Shown in pieces: positions 34,995 to 44,803 of a DNA stretch of 44,803 bases; position 1 is the first letter of the stretch; each line of letters begins with the position of its first letter. Under the pieces are notes generated by a model. The model was not told the DNA's origin. It saw only the letters and a list, made by a program, of their open reading frames with translations, and searched no databases. The stretch is from Octopus bimaculoides. Lineage: Eukaryota. The stretch spans positions 49,439,300 through 49,484,102 of the forward strand of contig NC_068988.1 of the NCBI RefSeq assembly GCF_001194135.2, in the 5' to 3' direction. The position numbers and the translations under genes were made by a program.

Positions 34995-35607
34995 CACACA
35001 TACAAACATACATACATACATGCATATACATATGTATATATATATGCATGTATGTATGTATATATGGATATATATAGAGAGAGAGATAGAGAGATAGATT
35101 CATATACAAAGAGATACAGATATATCTATGTAGCATGTATGTATGTGTATACATGTAAATGTATGTTTTATATATAAAGTGTGTGTGTGTATATATGCGT
35201 GTGTGTACGTTTGTGTGCAAAATATACGCTCATATATTCATAGACGTACATACATACATGCATGGATGCATGCAGGCATACATACATACATACATACATA
35301 CGTACATACATAACATACCATACATAATTTGACTTCTAAAAGATAAGAGCGAAATTTGAGGAATACTTTTAATAAAATTGAATTATTTTAACGACTGGAA
35401 GATAACAAATTCCTGTTTTGTTCATAGATATATTGTAGAAAATATTTGTTTAATTAGGTGTCAGAGGTTATAAATTCTGGAGCCTGCATGTCAAGGTTCA
35501 AACTCATTTAGATATCGAAATGTTAAATAAATTGAAGAATTTTAATTCACTTAATATGATGAATGCCATCTCAGTGCTATAATGATCGTTTGTTTGTAGA
35601 ATATAGC

Positions 35608-36050
35608 GATGTGGTATACAGCGGTGGATTGGCGTGGCATGTAATGCTGGGTGGCGTGGGGAATGGTATGTCATGGCAAGCCGTGGCGGCGATGCACGTT
35701 GTGATGTATAGTATCCGTATAGAGTAATGTGGCGCGGTGCTATTGAAAGGGTTAGAGGTTCGGCGTTATGCGGTGTTGTGTGTTTCTCTGTTGTGTGATC
35801 TATGCTGTATTTGGATGGCGTGGTGCGGTTCGTTTTGGCGTGGTGCGTTTGCTGTGTGATCTATGTTGTATTCAGATGGTATGATGTCAGGGTGAGACGG
35901 ATGTTGTCGTGTGTTCTTCTGATAGTGGTAGTGAAATATATGAAGCTGTGTGTTCTTTGGTGTGATATAATGCAGTGTGGAGCTCGTGTGGAGCACGCTT
36001 TGATTTTTGTATTGTGATTTAGAATGAAATGTGGTGTATTTTGTGAGGCT
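35608..36050 (+). repeat. Degenerate G/T-rich repeat with ~5-bp period (TGGCG/TGTGG/TGTTG)
   Basis: Recurring tggcg/tggtg/tgtgg words at about 5-nt spacing. Confidence 0.55.
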
Positions 36051-36409
36051 TGATACTGATGTAATGAGTGGCGCGCGCAGTATAAACACTTTGTGTCTCA
36101 AACAGCGGGGTAGTGTCTGATATAGCATCTGTGAATGTTTTCAGGGTAGAGACGTAAAATGACATGGAAATGACAGAAACTACTTCAATGTGGAAATTTT
36201 TTTTGAAATTCTGGTTGCGGTTTCAATCTGACCATTCTATATGGTTGCATTTTTTTCCATACTGGATATTTCTTACTGCCATGCAATCTCAGAATATTTT
36301 CGATATCTGGTCCCGCTACTTTGCCCTCCAACTAAAAGATTAACACATGTGTGTATATGTGTATGTATGCATGTATGCGCAGTTGTATGTAACTGTGTGT
36401 ATGAGTATG

Positions 36410-36466
<57 letters not shown>

Positions 36467-37186
36467 CTATATATCTATATATATATATATATTGTGTGTG
36501 TGTGTAAGCATATACGTGTATATATGCGTTGCGTGTGTCTATGTCTGTCAGTATGTATGCATGCATGTATGTATGTATGCAGGTGTCTACGTATGTTTGT
36601 GTATATGGGCGAATGGATGGATGGATGGATGGATGGATGGATGGACGGATGGACAGGCGGATGAGGGGATGGATTGATGGACTGATGGATGTTTATATTT
36701 CGATCGGTCACTGCTCAGTGCTAAAACATTTTTCAAAGGAGTTAATTTTTTTTGTTTTAGTAAGTTTTTTTTTTTCAGAACCATTTGCCATCTAAATATT
36801 AGAAAGGTCTTGTAAATTTTCATTGTCCCTGTTCATCCATAATAATTTTGGAATTATTATTTATTCTCCAAAAGTTCAAATCCCGCCAGACTTAAATTTC
36901 TTTAATTTGATTCATATTTTTAATCCTGTCACTCCCATAGAAATACCTATAAAACTAAAAATCTGATTAAGGAATCGAGTTTGCAGAGTGTACGTTAATG
37001 ACACTATATTTATTTCTTCTTTATTTTTCTTTCCACGTTGTTATTTAACTTGTGGTTTACTTTCGCAACACAGCATACTTTTATTCTGTGATCCCATACA
37101 AGAATATTAGCTATGATGTCTTTAAATTGGTTGGGGTATTCATTAATGTATTGGTTTCAATATTCATTGATATTAGTTGTTTCAAA

Positions 37187-37397
37187 AGCGGCGAACTGGC
37201 GTAATTAATAGCACGCTGGACGAAATGCTTAGCGATATTTCGTCTGTCTTTACTTTCTGAGCTCAAATTCCGCCGAAGTCGAATTTGCTTTCCATCCTTT
37301 CGGAGTCTATAAAACAAGTAGCGGTTGGGTTCAATGTAATCGACTTTCCTCCTTCCCCAATATTGCTGGCCTTGTGCCGTAATCTGAAACCAATATT
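37187..37397 (+). mobile_element. SINE type B
   Basis: gcggcgaactggc...gaaatgcttagcgatatttcgtctgtc...ctgagctcaaattccgccgaagtcga...gccttgtgccgtaatctgaaacc. Confidence 0.85.
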
Positions 37398-38034
37398 TGT
37401 TGTTTTTTTCTCACCCTGTTGCAAATTGCACTGGTTACCAAATAATATCTTATGAAAATGTAATATCTTGTGAACATTCTCCTGCAGTTGGCATTGATCT
37501 GGCAAATGTGTTCATTTTCCGTCTTACTTTCTGTCTTTTGTATGAAATGTACTTGGTGGACATTTCTTGCGTCTGCAGTACATAGAACAAATCTTCAAAG
37601 TGAGATGCTATAAACCTGTTGGCACTCCACATGGAAGACTTAGTGAATTTTATTATTTATTTTTGATTAAGCGAACTAACCTCAACTAAGGTCCTAAGAG
37701 TTTGTGTGTTTTGTTTCATTTACCTGTGTAGAACCTCTTCAGTGAAGTGGTCTCCATTTTTCTAGTATTTTGTTCTGATGTTATGCAGGATTTTCCAATG
37801 TTCCTTAGGCAGAGATGCATATTAGCTTTTCTTCTATAGCTCACGCAAAGCTCATTAGTTCAACTACCACCAAGGTCAGCTTCACTTTTCATCTTACTAG
37901 GTTCGATAAAAGAAAGTAGCAATGGGATAGACATAGTCTATTGATCCACGCATCTGAAAATTGCTGGCATCGTACCTAAATTAAAAATCATTATCTTTGT
38001 TGTTCTTTTTTGCTACTGTAGTTAAAGTACTGGT

Positions 38035-38255
38035 AGTGTTGTGAAATGGCAGAATGTCGAACAAAATATTTTGCAATATTATTTTAAGTGTTTTCTGCCG
38101 CTAAGTTCCGAGTTCAAGCTCTACCGAGGTCGACTTTGCCTTTCATCCTTTCGGGATCGATGACATAAGTACCAGTTACGTACTGGGGTTGATATAATCG
38201 ACTAGCCCCCTTCCCCACACATTTTCCAGGCCCTGTGTCTAGAGTAGAAATAATT
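38035..38255 (+). mobile_element. SINE type B
   Basis: gagttcaagctctaccgaggtcgactttgcctttcatcctttcgggatcgat...aagtaccagttacgtactggggttgatataatcgac. Confidence 0.8.
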
Positions 38256-39070
38256 GTTTTATGTGTTTTTATATTCTCCGTCCAAATTCTTCCGAGAATG
38301 ATAATATAAAAAACAATCAACTACTTGTGACTGACTTCTTTATCATTTATGACATTGTGCATATCTTAATGTGGTACAGTGGTAGAATTAGTTGTCGAGC
38401 AAAATTCGTTGTAGCGTTTAGTTCCGTCTCCTTTCGTTGAGTGTTAAATTCCTGCTGAGAAACGTAGAACCAGTCAAGTATTTGGGTTGATTTAATCGGC
38501 ATTGACCAATCTACTCACCTCTAAACCCATACATTTCTAGCAAAGTTAAGTTAGCAAGCTATTTTGAATCCATAAAGTTATAGGTTTGCCTGCCGTTCAC
38601 AGAAGTATGTACTGACGTTTGAACTCACGTCATATCTGACTTGACTCCTGACCCCAAATTCAACTTTAATGTCTGTAACAAAGCATGTATAATTTTACCA
38701 AAATTATATTCGTTATACACAAATTTTCAAACCAATCTTAGATCAAAGAATAAATAAATTAATAAATAATCATTTCATTTATGATTTTGTTACATATAGA
38801 AGGATGTTATTATTTATTGTTGTAGATGCCTTTGCTGTAGTTCTTTTAAGAATCGTAAAGGTTTTCTGAAAACATTTCACTCAAATGCTATGTAAATAAG
38901 GAACTTTCCGCTTGTACAAGAGGTACTTAAAGAGACAACAACTACCCTCTTAGATAAGGCTGATTCGCTCGAGTAACGCATACAACGTGTGTGTGTGTGT
39001 GTGTGTGTGTGCACTCACACTGCATGCTTGTATGAATGCATGTGTATTGCTATTCTCTAAATATCAACTT

Positions 39071-39150
39071 ATCCATATAGAGTATATATATAGAGTATAT
39101 ATATATCCATATAGAGTATATATATATATCCATATAGAGTATATATATAT
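39071..39150. repeat. Minisatellite, unit about atccatatagagtatatatat
   Basis: Core atagagtatatatat occurs four times, three of them preceded by atcc. Confidence 0.8.
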
Positions 39151-39944
39151 TTACACAAATACGTAACTACGAGAAAACTAATTGATTTTTTTTGTTTTGT
39201 CTTTTTTATTTTACTTTTATTTTTTTTATTTAGTTATTTACGTTATGTAGTTCATTTTCTGTTTTTATTTTTTTAATTTTGTCTGACGGAGGGAGGCCCA
39301 TACAGACACACGAACTTTGTAAGCTATGAGAGAGTGATCAGTTCGTTGCAATTGATTTTCAACTTAAATGTCGACAATTCGATACCTGGGAAGAAAATGT
39401 TGGCATGGAAAGGGCGTTCCAGATGGGTTTCAGTTTTATGGTAAAGGAAGGTGTGTAAACTATTTAACATTGTGTTTGAGAGAAGCTGTTTTTTTTTTAA
39501 TGTTTGTTTGCTTACAAACTTTGTTATGTTTTCTTTACACATCCGATTATTCGAACACAAGCACACAGGCTCACACACATGCGGTCACACACAAACACAG
39601 AGACGCCCAGACATTACACACTACACAAGTATCAATACATTACACATATATCCACTTACAACCCTGCCAATTGAGGCGTTTTCTTTCTATTTTCAGCTCC
39701 AGAATCAATGATTGACACATTAACATGTTTCTAGCATCTGTGTTTTGGTTCCACTTTACTTTAAGCACTCTTCTCCCTTATTATTATTTTATTTGTTTGT
39801 TCACCATCTTGTGTCTCTAATTACGCTTCATCTTTCAACATTTAACTCTTCATAGTTATCATTTTATTCTTACGTCTGTTTGTGTTGTTGTTTTTTTATT
39901 CATGCTATGTACTGTTATTAGTTCTATTTGAAGGACAGCTATTT

Positions 39945-40155
39945 GGAGCTTAGGAATAAAATGCTTTGCGGTATTTGTTCCCGTCCGCTCATTACATTCT
40001 TAACTGAAATTCCACCGAGGTCGACTTTGCCTTTTATTTTTCCGGGGGTCAACGCCATAAAGTACCAATAAAATACTGGAGTAGAATAGCATTGATTAAC
40101 CCATCTCGTAAAAATAGCTGGCATTGTACAACAATTATAAGAAACAATAATTATT
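39945..40155 (+). mobile_element. SINE type B, degenerate
   Basis: aaaatgctttgcggtattt...aattccaccgaggtcgactttgcc...aagtacc... Confidence 0.7.
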
Positions 40156-40339
40156 ACTATATGATGAGACAGAATCGGTAGAATATCGAACTACAGAGCC
40201 TCATGATATTCAACTATAGAGGATGTCAACTTAACTATTTCTATAAAATAAGCACTTTCTTCTATATGTATGACATTGTGACAAATTTAGAAATAATTAA
40301 TATCTATTAGTCATGGTTTGATAAATAAAATATATTACT

Positions 40340-40562
40340 AAACATGGTGTAATCGTTACAGCGTTGGAAAGAAATTTCCATCGACATTTGTTCCAGTTCT
40401 TTGTGTTCTGAGTTCAAATTACACCGAGGTCAACTTTCCCTTTCATCCTTTTAAGATCAATAAGATTAAGTACTTGGGTCGATATAACCGACTAACCTCC
40501 AAACTTCAATCAAAATCGTTAGCTTTGTGCCTAAATAAGAAACCATTATTATTATTATTATT
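40340..40562 (+). mobile_element. SINE type B with (ATT)n tail
   Basis: gttctgagttcaaattacaccgaggtcaactttccctttcatcc...tttgtgcctaaataagaaaccattattattattatt. Confidence 0.8.
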
Positions 40563-40563
40563 A

Positions 40564-40742
40564 AGGCGGCGACCTGGCAGAATCGTTAGCACGCGGGCCA
40601 AATGCTTAGCGATATTTCACCCGTCGCTGGTTAGAGTAGAACGGATTCTGCTTCTTCTTCTCCTTCTTATTATTATTATTTCGCTGAGGTCGACTTTGCC
40701 TTTCATCCTTTCGGGGTCAATTGAATAAGTACCAGTACTGGA
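40564..40742 (+). mobile_element. SINE type B starting right after the previous tail, with an internal tail-like insert
   Basis: ggcggcgacctggcagaatcgttagcac...; insert 40630-40680; then tcgctgaggtcgactttgcctttcatcc. Confidence 0.8.
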
Positions 40743-41149
40743 GGAGCATTTTTCGTCACGGACAAGTGAATTTTGGAAGAGGGTCCTTGCAAGTCTACTT
40801 GATAGATGGAAGAGCATTGTAGAAAATGAAGGAGAGTATATTTTGGATTAAAAAAGAACTCTGCTTATTTTAATTTTGAAAAATAAAAGATGTATGAACA
40901 AACTGCATTATTTATGGGATGACACAATATTTTTCTCTAAAATTCCACTCCTATGCTCAACTTATATTTCGTTTTTCTTATTTCTACTTCTGCTTCAGTC
41001 TTAATATACTTGAGTTCTTTTGCGCCTATCTTCATTTACTATGGTGGGGGGAGGGGACTGTTGCTGAAGGTTGTTGTGCTCTAGGTGGTGGTGGTCATGT
41101 TGGTTGCTATGAGGTTGATAATAACTAAGAGGTTGATAATGACTGGTGA

Positions 41150-41320
41150 TAGAATTGGTTTCAAATTTTAGCAGAAAGCCAACAATTTTGGTGGAGAGTT
41201 TAAGTCGACTTCATTAACTTCGGGGCTCAACTTGTACTTATTTTATCGATCTCGAAAGCTAAAGTGGATCTCCGTAGAATGTCAACTCAGAAGAAGGATG
41301 AAATGCTACTAAGCACTCGC
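41150..41320 (-). mobile_element. SINE type B, degenerate, minus strand
   Basis: Reverse complement contains ttctgagttgacattctacggagatccacttt...gataaaataagtacaagttgagccccgaag. Confidence 0.6.
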
Positions 41321-41339
41321 CAACTTGCAGGTTGGTGAT

Positions 41340-41560
41340 TGTACAGGTTTCAGATTTTGGCACCAAGGCCAGTAAGTTTGAGGGGAGGGGTTAAGTCGAT
41401 TACAGCGATTCCAGTGCTCAACTGGTACTTATTTTATCAACTCCGATTGGATGAAAGGCAAAGTCGACCTCGGCGGAATTTGCACTCAGAACGTAAAGAC
41501 AGACGAAATACCGCTAAGCATTTCGCTCGGCGTGCTTAACGATTCTGCCAGCTAGCCACC
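41340..41560 (-). mobile_element. SINE type B, well preserved, minus strand
   Basis: Reverse complement ggtggctagctggcagaatcgttaagcacgccgagcgaaatgcttagcggtatttcgtctgtctttacgttctgagtgcaaattccgccgaggtcgac... Confidence 0.9.
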
Positions 41561-41589
41561 TCGTAGGGTGGCGATAATACTGATCATAA

Positions 41590-41921
41590 TGAGCATGTTG
41601 ATGGCAATGGTGTGATATTAGTGGCGAGGGAGGGTAGAATTAATGCTGGTGCTGGTTGTTATGCCAGTGGCAATGGTGATGGGGCTGGTGTTACTGCTAA
41701 CAGCGTCAGTGATGCAATTGTCGTTGGGGAGATGATGGTGGCAATAGCATTGGCGATGGTGATGTTAAAGAAAGTAGTGGTGATATTGCGGTCGTGATTA
41801 TTGTAATGGGGCAGGTATTGGTCGCGAAAGTGATGATGATGGTAGTTGTGAAATGTGAAGTTCTCCTGGTGGTTGTGGTATCAATGATGATGGCGATGAT
41901 GATGATGATGATGATAATGAT

Positions 41922-41956
<35 letters not shown>

Positions 41957-42134
41957 TGATGATGATGATGATGAGGAGGAGGAGGAGGAGGAGGAGGAGG
42001 AGGAGGAGGAGGAGGAGGATGTTAATGATAGAGATGATAATGATGTTGGAATTGCAGTGTTGGCGACGCTATGACGATATATATGTGATTCGTGTATGCT
42101 GAGATTTTCACGTGCGTATTTATATGTGTATATA

Positions 42135-42188
<54 letters not shown>

Positions 42189-42536
42189 TAATTAAGAGGT
42201 ACTGAGTGCATAAATGCACTTGCAATTTTGCTGTTGTTTTTGAAGTTGTTCAATGAAAGAGGTAGTGTTTAGTGGATAACTAGTGGTGGTGGTGGTGGTG
42301 GTGGTGGATTTGGTCGGCGTGGTGGTAGTTGTGGTGGTCGTGGTTAGTAGTAGCAGTAGTGCTGTTGTTGTTGTTGGTGGTGGTGGTCGTTGTTGTTGTT
42401 GTTGTTGGTGGTGGTGGTGATGGTGACTGCGGAGGCGGTAGTGGCAGTGATGATGATGAGGGTAGTGGCACAAGCAGCAGCAGTACCAGCAAGACCAGCA
42501 GGACAAGCAGCACCAGCAGTTCTGATAGTAGTAGTT

Positions 42537-42587
<51 letters not shown>

Positions 42588-42620
42588 TCAGCTGTAACAG
42601 CAGCAGCAGCAGCAGTCACA
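41590..42620. repeat. Trinucleotide complex (GGT, GAT, GAC, GAG, GTT, AGC, AGT) around a (TG)n
   Basis: Direct reading. Confidence 0.9.
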
Positions 42621-43214
42621 GGAAGTGTGTTTGTGACATTTGGTAGTTCAGTTATGCGAGTTAAGGTGACGGTGTGTGAGGAGGAGAGATTGAGAGACAA
42701 GCAGACAGACAGACATACAGACATACAGACAGACAGGCAGTGACAGAGAGGGAATATCTGGGGTTGTAGTAGGGGAAGCTGGACACGTGGCAGTTTAAGA
42801 TGTGTACGCTGATAGGTCGTTTACCTGCTATCATTTACGAGACACGATCGAAACAGTTGAGTCACGACAGATCTTGTATGACACGGCGTCAGTCAGGTCC
42901 AGCGTTAGATGGCGCTGGCAAAGCAAGTGAAGGAGTTGTAGATGGCGGCGGAGTCTGTGATGGTATTTAATTGGTTGTGTGGTGTTGGAGGTGTGAGGAA
43001 AATTCTTCCGAAGTGCACCTCACATCCAATCCTTGAAGATGACAGTTCTGGTCTTACAGTATGTCATGTGCGTGTGTGTATGTTTCATTGTGTGTGTGTG
43101 TGTGTGTACGAATGTATGCATGAGTGCATATATGTACGTAAGTATTTATATATGTGTATGCATTTGTATGCGCATATAAATATAAACATAGCTCTCTCTC
43201 TCTATATATATATA

Positions 43215-43369
43215 TATTCTTTTATTCTTTTATTCGTTTCAGTCATTTGGCTGCGACCATTCTGGAGTAGCGCCTTTTAGTCAAACAATTCAGCCCCAGG
43301 AATTATTTTTTCCGAACCGCGAAGTTACGAGGACAAACACAGACATACAAACATATACCTACATATATA
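43215..43369 (-). mobile_element. SINE type A 3' part with internal deletions, running into a gap
   Basis: gtttcagtcatttggctgcgaccattctggagtagcgccttttagtc...ccgaaccgcgaagttacgaggacaaacacagac. Confidence 0.75.
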
Positions 43370-44487
43370 NNNNNNNNNNNNNNNNNNNNNNNNNNNNNNN
43401 NNNNNNNNNNNNNNNNNNNNNNNNNNNNNNNNNNNNNNNNNNNNNNNNNNNNNNNNNNNNNNNNNNNNNNNNNNNNNNNNNNNNNNNNNNNNNNNNNNNN
43501 NNNNNNNNNNNNNNNNNNNNNNNNNNNNNNNNNNNNNNNNNNNNNNNNNNNNNNNNNNNNNNNNNNNNNNNNNNNNNNNNNNNNNNNNNNNNNNNNNNNN
43601 NNNNNNNNNNNNNNNNNNNNNNNNNNNNNNNNNNNNNNNNNNNNNNNNNNNNNNNNNNNNNNNNNNNNNNNNNNNNNNNNNNNNNNNNNNNNNNNNNNNN
43701 NNNNNNNNNNNNNNNNNNNNNNNNNNNNNNNNNNNNNNNNNNNNNNNNNNNNNNNNNNNNNNNNNNNNNNNNNNNNNNNNNNNNNNNNNNNNNNNNNNNN
43801 NNNNNNNNNNNNNNNNNNNNNNNNNNNNNNNNNNNNNNNNNNNNNNNNNNNNNNNATATTATTTATATTATTATATGATTGAATGCCACGCATGCTCTTC
43901 CAAGTTTACCTTAACAATTCTGATGCGCACTTTATATGATCTTTTCACTCTTTCGTTTTTCTCTCTTTCTCTCTCTTACTCTTTTACCTCCTCTTCTCCC
44001 ACTATTCTATCCTATTACTCTATCACTCTCTCTCCGTCACTCCTCTTCCCTTACTCACGTGGCTCCCAGGTGACCATCGGCCATCTTCCTTTTTTCCCCT
44101 AACTTGTTTCTTTCTCTCCGTTGTAGCTGGAACAAGAAAGACGTGTTCTTGTCTGTCTCCTGTTCAAGCTTGATTTACGCGTTAGCCACCACAACTTCAT
44201 TTAGGCTTAGCAGCACCTCCTGATTGTTTTCGCTGTCCTATTTGTGCTACGAATTTTGATCCTCCGCAAAATCACAAATTTTATTAAAGTTGCTTTGCGG
44301 GAGCTACTGTTTTATCGAAAGCGTATATTGTTATTAAATACTCGAAATACGAAAGTAGAAAAATAGCCAACAACTGATGAAGAGTGGTCCATTATGTTGC
44401 TTGTCTTGTTTTTGATTTGTGCCTTTCGTAGTTGGAAAAAATAGTTTATATACCATGTACTCGTATTTCGTACACGTTTCGTGCCAC

Positions 44488-44519
<32 letters not shown>

Positions 44520-44803
44520 TTCGTATGTGTATTTCGTGTGCAAGATTCTTGATGTGGATACGTGTGTTGAAAGAAATACAATTAAACCTTGGGAGAGGCA
44601 TTATGCCGGTAATAAACACACGCACTGGTTCAGTCCTTTATTAATTTATATACATTTTTGTTAAATTATTTCATTGCACTCTTGCAATCCCTTCAGTAAC
44701 TTGTCTCTCCACTTCCATTTATTTTGAATATATGATCTGGCGTTGTTTTGGCGTTGTATTGGCGTTATTTCGAAACTGTTTGGTATGAGCATGTGAGTGT
44801 GTG

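Noticed and set aside
42800-42870. Hammerhead-like ctgata-ggtcgt...acgatc-gaaacagttgagtc
   Set aside because: The core is one base short of CUGANGA and no stem I can be formed; one good stem II is not enough.

Overview
Repeat-dominated, AT-rich animal genomic DNA. It is most likely an octopus or other coleoid cephalopod scaffold, inferred from the SINE families and extreme microsatellite load. The window has seven N-gaps (about 4943-5363, 6788-7345, 9777-10593, 15784-15793, 27548-27717, 30395-30523, 43370-43855). I recognise no host protein-coding exon, and almost all ORFs in the six-frame track are translations of simple repeats or gaps. Identifiable content: a DD34D mariner with both TIRs and a nonsense-disrupted transposase; three Tc1/Tigger-type MITEs; about 20 copies or fragments of five tRNA-derived SINE types (called A-E here, two with clear TSDs); decayed CR1/L2, R4/Dong-like, RTE and L1/Tx1-like LINE fragments; several Penelope-like element (PLE) relics; and a ~380-bp near-perfect palindrome. 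The most interesting signal is a set of decayed type I hammerhead ribozyme motifs. Two inverted copies (22256-22330 + and 24107-24171 -) are damaged at different core positions, and together they reconstruct a canonical minimal hammerhead with a palindromic stem III. They sit in a circularly permuted ~250-bp module of the PLE pseudo-LTR or non-LTR retrozyme type. A third hammerhead relic of a different family lies at 16011-16048 (-). All family assignments are by eye from motifs; no database search or folding program was run.
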